Shown piece after piece: positions 29,052 through 39,535 of a stretch of DNA of 64,000 bases. The notes below the pieces were generated by a model. It had not been told where the DNA came from and searched no databases. It worked only from the letters and a program-made list of their open reading frames with translations. Position 1 is the first letter of the stretch; the number at the start of each line of letters is the position of its first letter. The position numbers were made by a program, and so were the translations under genes. The DNA is from Minisyncoccota bacterium (GTDB taxonomy: Bacteria > Patescibacteriota > Minisyncoccia > UBA6257 > 2-01-FULL-56-20), in the NCBI GenBank assembly GCA_036510525.1, contig DATCDU010000011.1:2241-66240 (forward strand). Direction: 5' to 3'.

Positions 29052-29624
29052 ATGCAGATCACTTCGGCAAAATTCATGCGGGGCGTGAACGGCACCGACG
29101 AGCTTTTGGATGACGGCACGCCGCAGGTGGCGCTCATCGGCAGATCGAACGTTGGCAAGTCGAGCATCATCAACTCGCTCACTCGGCAGAAGGCGCTCGC
29201 GCGCACGAGCGACACTCCCGGACTCACGCAGGAGATCAATCTCTATTCCATCAATAACAAATTCTATCTGCTGGATCTTCCGGGATACGGTTTCGCAAAA
29301 GTTCCCGAGCGGATCCGCGAGAGCCTGCAGAAACTGAACTGGTGGTATCTTTTCGATTCGGAGCATGTTCAGCATCGCGCGGTGCTCGTGCTCGACGCAA
29401 ACGTCGGCCCCTCAAAGAACGACCTCGAAATGCTCTCTCTTTTACGTGAACGCGAAAAGAATATCGTCATCGTCGCGAACAAGATCGATAAGATAAAGCC
29501 CAGCGAGCACGACACCCGCTTGCAGACGATCACCGATCTTGCACACGGACTTCCCGTCATTCCCTACTCCTCAAAGACCGGCAGCGGCGTGGAAGAGTTG
29601 GTGAATCAACTTTTCGGGAGATAG
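29052..29624 (+). CDS. engB: ribosome biogenesis GTPase YihA/YsxC
   Basis: GRSNVGKSS, DLPGYG, NKID. Confidence 0.95.
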   Translation: MQITSAKFMRGVNGTDELLDDGTPQVALIGRSNVGKSSIINSLTRQKALARTSDTPGLTQEINLYSINNKFYLLDLPGYGFAKVPERIRESLQKLNWWYLFDSEHVQHRAVLVLDANVGPSKNDLEMLSLLREREKNIVIVANKIDKIKPSEHDTRLQTITDLAHGLPVIPYSSKTGSGVEELVNQLFGR

Positions 29625-29869
29625 GCGGGGCGATAGCGCGCCAATCGCAGTTTCTTTTCGCGCGGCCATGTTTTGATCTGTGCTTCGCGCTTTAACGCGG
29701 CGCTGCGCGTAGCAACGTCCTCTTCATAGAGGATTTTTTTAGGTTTGTGCGAACGCGTGTAATGGCCACCGGTGCCCGCCCGGTGTTCTTTGAATCTCCG
29801 CGCTACATCCGTCGTGATCCCGGTGTATAAGCTTTTGTCCTCGCAGAGAAGTATATAGACGTGATACAT
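29606..29869 (-). CDS. GIY-YIG nuclease (UPF0213-like)
   Basis: VYIL...LYTGIT...RRFKEH, ALKREAQIK. Confidence 0.9.
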   Translation of the reverse strand: MYHVYILLCEDKSLYTGITTDVARRFKEHRAGTGGHYTRSHKPKKILYEEDVATRSAALKREAQIKTWPREKKLRLARYRPAYLPKS

Positions 29870-29870
29870 A

Positions 29871-31109
29871 TTATTTCATATACCGCTGCGTCGCGTAATA
29901 GCCGAACGCGGCGGCGGCCAAGCATACGATGCCGCCAAATATAAGCGGCGAGCGAGCGCCAAGGGCATCGGCAAGCCAGCCGGATAAGGGGCCACCGATC
30001 ACGGATGTGCCCGCCACGAACACCATTTGCAGGGCCAACACACGCCCGTGCATCTCCGGCTTGCCCTCTACCTGTATGATCGTGGTCGTGGAAGTCATGT
30101 AGAGAATGCTCGCCATGCCGACGAGAAATACGGCAAGCGCGGCCATCCATACGCCGGGAGAGATTGCGAGGAACAACATTGTGACGCCAAGTGCCGCGGC
30201 GCCGATAAGAATATGACGCATCGTGACCAGATTCCTATGGGCGACGATGAGCCCGCATATCACGGCGCCGAGAGCGAATGTGGAATACAAAACGGTAAAT
30301 ACGGCATCGGTGCTGTGCAGGCTGCTCGTTACGAAGAGCGGCAGGGTGACGGTAAAGTTATAGGCGAGCGTCCCGATGAGCGCGAGCATCACAAAACTGA
30401 TCCATAAAAATGGTGTGGAAAGAATGTAACGGAATCCTTCGCGGACTTCGCCCTTTCGTTCCGCACGCGGTTCGGGCGGACGGCGGAATAATTCCGCGGG
30501 GCGCATCATGATGATGCCGACGATGACGGCGATGTACGACGTGGCGTCGATCGTGAAGCACCATCCGAAGCCGAGCGTCGTTGCGAGCAGTCCCGCGAGC
30601 GCCGGCCCCACGATGCGCGATCCATTCACGACTGTGCTATAGAGCACGACCGCATTCGGAATATCTTCCGACGGCACCATCTCGGTGACGAACGACCGCC
30701 GGAACGGATTATCGAACGCGAGGAATATTCCGCCGAGGATCGCGAGCGCATAGAGCCACACAAGCGACGGATGCGGCATGAAGGCCAGCACCGCGAGCGA
30801 CGCCGACTGCGCCATCTCCAAGCTCTGGCTGATCAGCAACATCTTCCGTTTATCAAAACGGTCGGCGATCGCGCCGCCGTATGCGGATAAAAATAGTATC
30901 GGGCCGTACTGGCACGCGGCGAGCAGGCCGACGTCAAGTCCGCTACCCGTGATCTTAAGCACGAGCAAGATGAGCGCAACGTTCGTCAGCCAATTGCCGG
31001 TGTTCGAGATCAGCTGTCCGGTAAAGTACAGCCGGAAATTCCTGGTGCGCAGGGAGTAGAACGTTTTCCTGACCATCCCGCCTATTCCGTTTGGAGCAAC
31101 TCCTTCCAT
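29871..31109 (-). CDS. MFS transporter
   Basis: About 12 TM segments, GAIADRFDKRK motif A. Confidence 0.92.
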   Translation of the reverse strand: MEGVAPNGIGGMVRKTFYSLRTRNFRLYFTGQLISNTGNWLTNVALILLVLKITGSGLDVGLLAACQYGPILFLSAYGGAIADRFDKRKMLLISQSLEMAQSASLAVLAFMPHPSLVWLYALAILGGIFLAFDNPFRRSFVTEMVPSEDIPNAVVLYSTVVNGSRIVGPALAGLLATTLGFGWCFTIDATSYIAVIVGIIMMRPAELFRRPPEPRAERKGEVREGFRYILSTPFLWISFVMLALIGTLAYNFTVTLPLFVTSSLHSTDAVFTVLYSTFALGAVICGLIVAHRNLVTMRHILIGAAALGVTMLFLAISPGVWMAALAVFLVGMASILYMTSTTTIIQVEGKPEMHGRVLALQMVFVAGTSVIGGPLSGWLADALGARSPLIFGGIVCLAAAAFGYYATQRYMK

Positions 31110-31148
31110 GAGCTATATATTATAGCGTCAAGGGAACGCTCGCTCAAG

Positions 31149-31607
31149 CTATAGATAAGCTTTGAGCTTGCTGACGTACGGTTTCTTTTCCTCCTGTGTT
31201 GGCCAGTAAGTATCCTTATGGCGAAGATAGAGGTCGTCGCCTTCGTAACGCGGGAAAACATGGAGGTGGTAATGCCAAACATCCTGGTTGCCGCCGGGTT
31301 CGTTATGCTGTCGGGTGGAAACGCCATCGCATTGATATGCTTTTTTAAAAGCGATGGCTACTTTCTTTGATGCTGCAAAAATAGCATTTCCAATTTCTTC
31401 CGACAAGTCGTAGAGGTTTTCAATGTGTCGGTTCGGGATGATAATCACATGTCCAGGATTGGAGCGCCACCATTTCCCGGCGATAAAGATAGTGATCAGC
31501 TTGTCTCGATAGACAACATCCTCTTCCTGACTGCCCCGTTCGGTGGATTCGCCTCTGGCAACTTGGCAGAGAGGGCATAGATAATTTTTCGGCTCGTGAT
31601 TATACAT
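31149..31607 (-). CDS. HIT-family hydrolase
   Basis: HYHLH triad, CPLC. Confidence 0.92.
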   Translation of the reverse strand: MYNHEPKNYLCPLCQVARGESTERGSQEEDVVYRDKLITIFIAGKWWRSNPGHVIIIPNRHIENLYDLSEEIGNAIFAASKKVAIAFKKAYQCDGVSTRQHNEPGGNQDVWHYHLHVFPRYEGDDLYLRHKDTYWPTQEEKKPYVSKLKAYL

Positions 31608-31640
31608 AATGTCAGACTGAGTATATCACAAAGATTTGAG

Positions 31641-31725
31641 CGGAGAGGGAGGGATTCGAACCCTCGGTGCCTTTCGGCACACAGTCTTTCCAGGACTGCG
31701 CACTAGACCACTATGCGACCTCTCC
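31641..31725 (-). tRNA. tRNA-Ser(GGA)
   Basis: GGAGAGG/CCTCTCC stem, G73, loop CT-GGA-AA, long variable arm. Confidence 0.95.
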
Positions 31726-31748
31726 ATCGCGCTATTGCGCGCTCACTT

Positions 31749-32441
31749 TCACCCGATGATGGTACCTTTAAATTCTTTTCCGTTCAAGAGCGCGGCGAAG
31801 TTCGCCATGTTGCGGCCGTCGATGATGATCGCCTTCACGCCCTCGCGCGCGCCGAGCGCGGCGCCGACGGGATCGACGGGCGCGTGGAGACCCGGCGCCC
31901 ACTTGGCTGGGATCAGTTTGCGATACTCACGCCAGGTGAGTTTGTGGAACGGCACCGCGTCGGAGTACTTGGCATGATCTTTGTTATACACGTGCGCGGG
32001 CTTGCCGGCGATGATCGCCTCATGAACGCCGAAGTCCGCAGCGATGCGCATCGCGACGTAATCCGTGGACCATCCCGGGCGCCAGCCGGCGGCGATCGTG
32101 ATCGGGTATTTAAGTTTTTTTATCCTCCCGCGGATGTCGATGACCACTGGATCGGCGACGTCGCGGAAGACCGTGCGCAGCAAGTGTCCATTGAGGCGCG
32201 TGGCGTGGATGCCGATCCAGTCCTTGTCATCATCCGTCACGCGGCTCACCCGCCCGGCCGCTTCCTGAAAATTGCGCGCAAGCTTTCCGCCGCCGACCAC
32301 GAACACAAACTTCGTGCCGCGCTTCAAGAACGGTGCCAGGAATTTTTTAAAATCTTTTAAGAACTGCACATCGATCCCGTCCGGGTATACGATAGATCCT
32401 CCGAGCGCGACAACGACGGTTTTGGAAAATTTATATTTCAT
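31749..32441 (-). CDS. pyrH: UMP kinase (archaeal-type)
   Basis: LGGS, VVGGGKLAR, DWIGI, PGWSTD, APVDP. Confidence 0.9.
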   Translation of the reverse strand: MKYKFSKTVVVALGGSIVYPDGIDVQFLKDFKKFLAPFLKRGTKFVFVVGGGKLARNFQEAAGRVSRVTDDDKDWIGIHATRLNGHLLRTVFRDVADPVVIDIRGRIKKLKYPITIAAGWRPGWSTDYVAMRIAADFGVHEAIIAGKPAHVYNKDHAKYSDAVPFHKLTWREYRKLIPAKWAPGLHAPVDPVGAALGAREGVKAIIIDGRNMANFAALLNGKEFKGTIIG

Positions 32442-32458
32442 AATGATGACTGAGCGGG

Positions 32459-33367
32459 CTATACCGAGATCTGCTGGAGCGCCTTGATGCGCTGCTCGAT
32501 CGGCGGATGGGTCGCAAAGAGCGTGTGCCACCACGAACTCCCCTTTCCCTTGAACGGCGTGTCGATCCACATGTGCGCGGTGGAATCCTTAGCCGTCGCC
32601 ATCGGCGTCGTGTCCACCTGGATCTTTTGCAGTGCGGAGATCAGGCCCTCCGGATAGCGCGTGAGGAGTACGCCGTCCGCGTCTGCGAGCGCTTCGCGGC
32701 GGCGCGAGATGGCAAACTGGATCAGCATCGTGCCGATGGGCGCCAGGATGGAGAGCACGATCGCGGCGATGAAGAATATTTCCTGCGCCTCGCCATTGCC
32801 GCGCCCCCGGCCGCCGCCGATCCCGCCGAAGAAAAGCGAGCGCAGGAAGACATCCGCGATGAGCGCGATGATGCCCGCGAGGATCGCGGCCACGGTAGAG
32901 ACGAGGATATCGCGGTTGCCCACGTGCGAAAGCTCGTGCGCGAGAACGCCCTGCAACTCGTCCTTATTAAGCCTTTGCAAAGCGCCCTGCGTCACCGCGA
33001 CCGCCGCGTGTTGCGGGTCGCGACCCGTCGCAAACGCGTTGATCTGCAGCTCCGGCGTGATGTACAGCTTCGGCATCGGGAGGCCGGCGGTGATCGTCAG
33101 GTTCTCCACGATGTTATAGAGCGTCGGATTATCGGCTTTCGTGATCGGCTTCGCCTTCGCGAGCGCAAGCGCGATCTTGGCGGATGAATAATAACTGATG
33201 AGCGAGTATACGACGCAAAAGATGAACGCGAAGATAAGGATGCTCGGATCAGCGTAATATACCGAGATAAAATATCCAAGCGCGAGAATGACGACGAAGA
33301 ACACTATGAACAAAAGCCATGTCCTTCGAATATTTGAAGCTTGAAGAGTGTATAAATTAACGGCCAT
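32459..33367 (-). CDS. htpX: M48 zinc metalloprotease HtpX
   Basis: NAFATGR, AHELSH, SRRREALAD, THPP. Confidence 0.94.
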   Translation of the reverse strand: MAVNLYTLQASNIRRTWLLFIVFFVVILALGYFISVYYADPSILIFAFIFCVVYSLISYYSSAKIALALAKAKPITKADNPTLYNIVENLTITAGLPMPKLYITPELQINAFATGRDPQHAAVAVTQGALQRLNKDELQGVLAHELSHVGNRDILVSTVAAILAGIIALIADVFLRSLFFGGIGGGRGRGNGEAQEIFFIAAIVLSILAPIGTMLIQFAISRRREALADADGVLLTRYPEGLISALQKIQVDTTPMATAKDSTAHMWIDTPFKGKGSSWWHTLFATHPPIEQRIKALQQISV

Positions 33368-33394
33368 TTCTTTTTATATGACGAACTAAATAAT

Positions 33395-33453
33395 GATGGG
33401 GCGTATGTTTTTGGAGCAATTAATCTTCTTGCTTCAAAAACATACGCCCCATC
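33395..33453. repeat. 25-bp inverted repeat (one G-T mismatch) between lemA and htpX
   Basis: GATGGGGCGTATGTTTTTGGAGCAA ... TTGCTTCAAAAACATACGCCCCATC. Confidence 0.85.
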
Positions 33454-33458
33454 GCTAT

Positions 33459-34010
33459 TTAGAATTTGACGGTGACCGGCTGCTTCTCCGCGTCCGTGAG
33501 ATCGTTGCCGAAGAAATCCATCTTCGTGAATCCCATCATGTTGGCGAAGATGTTCGTCGGGAAAACCTGCGTCTTCGTGTTGAAGTCGCGGACCATGCCG
33601 TTATAGAACCGGCGCGCGGCCTGGATCTTGTCTTCGGTGTCGGTCAGCTCCGCTTGTAAGCTCAAGAAATTTTGATTGGCCTTAAGGTCGGGGTAAGCCT
33701 CCGCGACGGCGAAGAGCGACTTGAGCGCACCGGAAAGCTGATTCTCGGCGGCGGCCTTCGCGTCGTTGCCGGTCGCCTGCATGGCATTGGAGCGCGCCTT
33801 TGTCACGTCCTCGAACACCGTCTTTTCATGCGCAGCATAGCCCTGCACCGTGGAGACCAGATTCGGGATCAGGTCGTAGCGGCGCTTGAGCTGGACATCG
33901 ATGTCTGAAAAGGCCTCTTGCGTGCGGTTGCGCGAGGTAACAAGGCCGTTATAGGCCAGAACGAGCCACAGCAATATAAGAACGATGACCGCAATAATGA
34001 TCCACGTCAT
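33459..34010 (-). CDS. lemA: LemA-family protein
   Basis: IDVQLKRRYDLIPNLV, EAYPDLKAN. Confidence 0.95.
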   Translation of the reverse strand: MTWIIIAVIVLILLWLVLAYNGLVTSRNRTQEAFSDIDVQLKRRYDLIPNLVSTVQGYAAHEKTVFEDVTKARSNAMQATGNDAKAAAENQLSGALKSLFAVAEAYPDLKANQNFLSLQAELTDTEDKIQAARRFYNGMVRDFNTKTQVFPTNIFANMMGFTKMDFFGNDLTDAEKQPVTVKF

Positions 34011-34065
34011 GTTGAATAGTATAGCAGGTTATACGAGCAAAAACAACTATTTGTTGCGTTATTCC

Positions 34066-34262
34066 ATAAAAAGAAAACTGCCCGGAGAAGTAGCAGTTCG
34101 GGCAGCGAAGCGAGGTGGTCACTGGAAGAGTCTGCTGGCGAATTGAAGCATGGGCGATGTCATCAGCCGGAAAACAAGGCCAACGAAAACATTTCGAGGA
34201 GGCTTCACTAGCGGGAACATCGGAACCTCAACACAGACGATCGATCGGAATGGGTGATACTG
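34066..34262 (-). ncRNA. ~190-nt structured transcript: 6S-like long hairpin and/or mRNA for a 33-aa peptide (34119-34220)
   Basis: TGgTAGGAT extended -10 near 34270, nested complementary blocks, CTGCCCG/CGGGCAG terminator with U tract, GAGGT SD before ATG 34220. Confidence 0.5.
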
Positions 34263-34301
34263 ACATTATCCTACCACGCGAGGCACTCCTCGTCTTGTGG
34301 A

Positions 34302-36289
<1,988 letters not shown>

Positions 36290-36313
36290 AGCACGTTGTT
36301 ATTTTTAAAATGG

Positions 36314-36340
36314 TTAGCAATCGGGACCAGTGAGTGCCAG
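36314..36340. promoter_or_regulatory. CIRCE operator (HrcA site)
   Basis: TTAGCAATC-N9-GAGTGCCAG versus consensus TTAGCACTC-N9-GAGTGCTAA, just downstream of the groES promoter. Confidence 0.85.
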
Positions 36341-36345
36341 TAGGA

Positions 36346-36373
36346 ATTATAGAGCAAAAAAGTTGAGAGTCAA
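36346..36373 (-). promoter_or_regulatory. sigma70 promoter of groESL
   Basis: TTGACT-16 nt-TATAAT. Confidence 0.8.
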
Positions 36374-36399
36374 GAAGCGGAGAGATCTCGCGGTGCCTG

Positions 36400-36471
36400 C
36401 GGACCTGCCGGTGTTTGAATCCGGTTCTCCACTTGTCAAAGGTGTTGTTCTACCACATGAACTACAGGCCC
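36400..36471 (-). ncRNA. aberrant tRNA-like RNA 2 (same G3:U70 acceptor, G73; irregular anticodon arm)
   Basis: GGGCCTG/CAGGTCC acceptor, D arm GTTC-ATGTGGTA-GAAC, anticodon arm ACAC-CTTTGACAA-GTGG, T arm CCGG-ATTCAAACA-CCGG; 72 nt. Confidence 0.75.
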
Positions 36472-36520
36472 ATTTCCGCAGGCAATAATAATCTAACGTA
36501 TGGGCGATTAAATTCCCGTT

Positions 36521-36600
36521 AAATGAAAACAGCCACGAAGTGTGGCTGTTTTCACGACAAGTGGAGATTTCGACCGTAGTTCATACGGACAACACCCTCA
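36521..36600 (-). ncRNA. small RNA antisense to tRNA-like RNA 2, ending in an intrinsic terminator
   Basis: Promoter TTGACT-16-TAATAT (36633-36606); blocks complementary to 36439-36450, 36457-36467 and 36426-36438; 13-bp terminator stem 36524-36554. Confidence 0.7.
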
Positions 36601-36641
36601 CAAAAATATTATCCTTTATAGGGGAAAAGTCAAAAACTTTT

Positions 36642-37562
36642 TTAACTTTTTTTAATCTTGTCATAGATGTTCAGCGTCGCCTTTATAGCATCCCCCACCG
36701 AGATGTTGTTCTGGTCGTAGAGCACATCGCTTACGTCGCCCGCCGCCCAGATGCCCGGACATGAGGCCTGCTGGGTCTTGTGATCCACGATCACGTGGCC
36801 GAAATCATCGAGCTTTACGAGATCCTTCACAAAATCGGAGTTCGGCACGAGTCCGATTTCCACGAACACGCCGTCGAGCGGGAGGTCTTTTGACTCGCCG
36901 GTCTTCACATCCTTATATTTGATGCCATTCACGAATGTCTCGCCTTTGATCTCCTCGATCACAGAATTCCATAGTATCTGCACGCTCGGATGGCTCTTGA
37001 CCTTCTCTTGCGTGACGGGGTCCCCGCGCAAAACCTCTGAGCGGACGAAAAGATATATCTTGGAAGCATACTGCAAAAGATCTTCCACGCCCTCGAGCGC
37101 GGAGTTGCCGCCGCCCACGACCGCCACCGTCTTGCCGCCGAAGAGCGGCGCGTCGCATGTGGTGCAGAACACGACGCCTTTGCCGTCGAACTTGTCCTCG
37201 CCCGGCACGCCGAGCCGCTTGCGGCGCGATCCGGAGGTGAGCAGGACATATTTCGTCTCGAGCGTTTTGCTGTTCTTCGTCGTCACCGAGAACGTCCCGT
37301 CGTCTTTTTTGACCACCCCCGCGACGAGGTCGCCATCTATGATATCGATACCGGTTTGCGCGCGCAGATGCTCCTCCAGGTTTTTTGCGAGATCAAAACC
37401 GGAGATCGATTTAGTGCCGATCCAGTTCTCGATGCCATTGGAAACCAAAGACTGGCCGCCAAATGTGTCGGTGATCAAGGCCGTCTTCATTTTTTTTCTC
37501 GCGGCATAGATGCCGGCAGCAACGCCGCCCGGCCCTCCGCCGATAATGATCAGGTCGTACAT
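36642..37562 (-). CDS. trxB: thioredoxin reductase/AhpF-like flavoprotein
   Basis: GGGPGG, CTTCD, GGGNSA, WAAGD. Confidence 0.9.
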   Translation of the reverse strand: MYDLIIIGGGPGGVAAGIYAARKKMKTALITDTFGGQSLVSNGIENWIGTKSISGFDLAKNLEEHLRAQTGIDIIDGDLVAGVVKKDDGTFSVTTKNSKTLETKYVLLTSGSRRKRLGVPGEDKFDGKGVVFCTTCDAPLFGGKTVAVVGGGNSALEGVEDLLQYASKIYLFVRSEVLRGDPVTQEKVKSHPSVQILWNSVIEEIKGETFVNGIKYKDVKTGESKDLPLDGVFVEIGLVPNSDFVKDLVKLDDFGHVIVDHKTQQASCPGIWAAGDVSDVLYDQNNISVGDAIKATLNIYDKIKKS

Positions 37563-37804
37563 TATGCCTTCTTCAATCCGAGCAACCCCTCGATCGTCTT
37601 CTGATCGAATCCGATGACGATGTTGTTGTCGATGTCGATCACGGGTACGCCGAGCTGGTGGGACTTGTTGACCATGTCCTCGCGCGCTTTCATATCCGCC
37701 GCGACGTCGTGCTCTTCATACGCGATGTTGTTCTTCTTGAAAAACTCTTTTGCCATTTTGCAGTAGACGCAGGTCGGAGTGCTGTAGATGGTTACTGTTG
37801 CCAT
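37562..37804 (-). CDS. glutaredoxin-like (NrdH/YruB) protein
   Basis: TPTCVYC, GVPV. Confidence 0.92.
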   Translation of the reverse strand: MATVTIYSTPTCVYCKMAKEFFKKNNIAYEEHDVAADMKAREDMVNKSHQLGVPVIDIDNNIVIGFDQKTIEGLLGLKKA

Positions 37805-37833
37805 AGTGGTGGTGATAGTATTAAAAATTTATT

Positions 37834-38061
37834 TTATTCGACGTTGTTGTTTTTTGTTTTCTTTTTTGTCTTTTGGGATTCGTCCGTGACGGGCACTACT
37901 CCTTCCGATCCTCCGAACCTCGTCCATGCACTCATGAGGATCAGCAGAAGTCCTATCAATACATTACACCATTTCGCGAGGGATATATCGGAAAACCCCA
38001 AAACCCACGGAGAGGCTATCATTATAATGCCAATGACGAACTCCGTCCAGTTCTCTGCCAT
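37834..38061 (-). CDS. SPW-repeat membrane protein
   Basis: IASPWVLGF, two TM helices. Confidence 0.8.
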   Translation of the reverse strand: MAENWTEFVIGIIMIASPWVLGFSDISLAKWCNVLIGLLLILMSAWTRFGGSEGVVPVTDESQKTKKKTKNNNVE

Positions 38062-38073
38062 GGCTCTATTTTA

Positions 38074-38823
38074 TTATCCCTGCAACGCGCTGTCCAATGC
38101 CTGTTGGAAGACCGAATACGGCTGGGCGCCTGTGATCATGGTGCCGTTGATCAGGAACGACGGCGTGGAATCGACGCCTGCTGTCGTCGCAGCGCCCTTC
38201 TCCTGCGCCACGATGTTGGCATCGGTGTTGTTATTGACGCAGCTCGTGAACGTGGGGATGTTCAACCCTGTCTGCTCTGCAAGTTTAAGGAACTCTGCCG
38301 TCGTAAAGAAGTTATCATCTTCCTGTCCGCCCGCGGCGTCATCCGCCACTTTGGCGGAATAGAGCGCGTCATGATATGGCCAAAGCTTGTTCTGGTCTTC
38401 CGCACATTGCGCAGCCTCCGCGGCGGCAGTGGACTCCGGGCCGAGGAAGGCGAAATCTCTGAACACCATACGCGCCTTGCCGGTGTTCACGTAATTCTGG
38501 ATGATCTGCGGCTCCGTCTGGCTGAAGAACTCGCCGCAGAACGGACATTGATAATCGCCGTACTCGATGAGCGTCACCTTTGCGTTCGCGTTCCCAAGGA
38601 TCGCATCGCGCGAGCCGAGTGTCATCGCCTGAGCGGCGGTTTCGGTCGTAGAGGTCACCGCTCCGGTATCGCCAGCCGGCGCCGCCGGGGCGCTACCGGG
38701 TTTGTACAGCGTCGCGAACACGATCGCCCCGCCCACTAAAATCGCGGCGGCAAGGATGCTGATCGGCAAAAACATATCACGCTTTCCTTTTCGGGAAACA
38801 ATCGAGTTTTCTTGTTCGTCCAT
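38074..38823 (-). CDS. DsbA-family thiol-disulfide oxidoreductase
   Basis: EYGDYQCPFC, STPSF, GAQP; N-terminal anchor. Confidence 0.92.
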   Translation of the reverse strand: MDEQENSIVSRKGKRDMFLPISILAAAILVGGAIVFATLYKPGSAPAAPAGDTGAVTSTTETAAQAMTLGSRDAILGNANAKVTLIEYGDYQCPFCGEFFSQTEPQIIQNYVNTGKARMVFRDFAFLGPESTAAAEAAQCAEDQNKLWPYHDALYSAKVADDAAGGQEDDNFFTTAEFLKLAEQTGLNIPTFTSCVNNNTDANIVAQEKGAATTAGVDSTPSFLINGTMITGAQPYSVFQQALDSALQG

Positions 38824-38866
38824 AGTTTTTATATTTTCTTAATGATACCGCAGGGCCAAGGGCGCA

Positions 38867-39517
38867 TCAAGAGGCAAATAGTGCGTAATCGCGGGGGAAA
38901 AGCTTGGCGGTGATGACATACATGCCGTACACGATGAACGGCGCGGCAAAGACGTCGATGGAATAATGCACATGTGCCAGAAGCACGCTCGCGCCGAAAA
39001 AAATGGCCAGGAAAAGGAATAGGTATCGTAGATATTTATTGTCCCAGAATATCAGCGCCAAAAGGAATGGGAACGCGGTGTGCCCCGAATAGAAAAAGTT
39101 TCCCTGGAAGGTGATGAGGTGGTACAGGCCGTAGCCGTGGTTATGCGGCCCGGGGGAATATTGGAGCGGATATGGGCCGACGTGCGTAAGGCTGAAGAAG
39201 AATGCGCGCGAGACGATGTAGAGCGCAATCGCCTTGGTGCTGAAGATAAGATAGCGCGGGTTCACAATCAATAACACCCATGCGAACACCCAGAGGATGA
39301 TCGCGCCGCTCACGATGATCGGGTCGAGGTTCACGAGCGGGAGATTGTCCAAAAAGATATCCCGCACCGGCGCGGCATTCACGGCCACGCGCGCGGAGAA
39401 GCGGCCCAGCACGATCTGGACAACGACGCTGAGCGCAAGCAGAAGCACGCCGAGCCACATTGAGCGCTTGCGCGCGGGCGTCCAAAACCCTTTGTGTTCT
39501 TTGAAGACCGCAAGCAT
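38867..39517 (-). CDS. PAP2-superfamily (sphingomyelin synthase-like) membrane protein
   Basis: FFYSGHT and HVHYSIDV motifs; start trimmed to ATG 39517. Confidence 0.82.
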   Translation of the reverse strand: MLAVFKEHKGFWTPARKRSMWLGVLLLALSVVVQIVLGRFSARVAVNAAPVRDIFLDNLPLVNLDPIIVSGAIILWVFAWVLLIVNPRYLIFSTKAIALYIVSRAFFFSLTHVGPYPLQYSPGPHNHGYGLYHLITFQGNFFYSGHTAFPFLLALIFWDNKYLRYLFLFLAIFFGASVLLAHVHYSIDVFAAPFIVYGMYVITAKLFPRDYALFAS

Positions 39518-39535
39518 TGGTATAGTATAACAGGT
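39518..39535. promoter_or_regulatory. overlapping bidirectional -10 elements for two leaderless divergent genes
   Basis: 18-bp spacer TGGTATAGTATAACAGGT; TATAGT/TAGTAT on +, TGtTATACT on -. Confidence 0.6.

Noticed and set aside
36400-36471. Plus-strand amber/opal suppressor tRNA reading (CTAAA and TCAAA loops)
   Set aside because: D-loop GG, T-loop TTC and the promoters are all on the minus strand; the plus-strand fold lacks tRNA consensus bases
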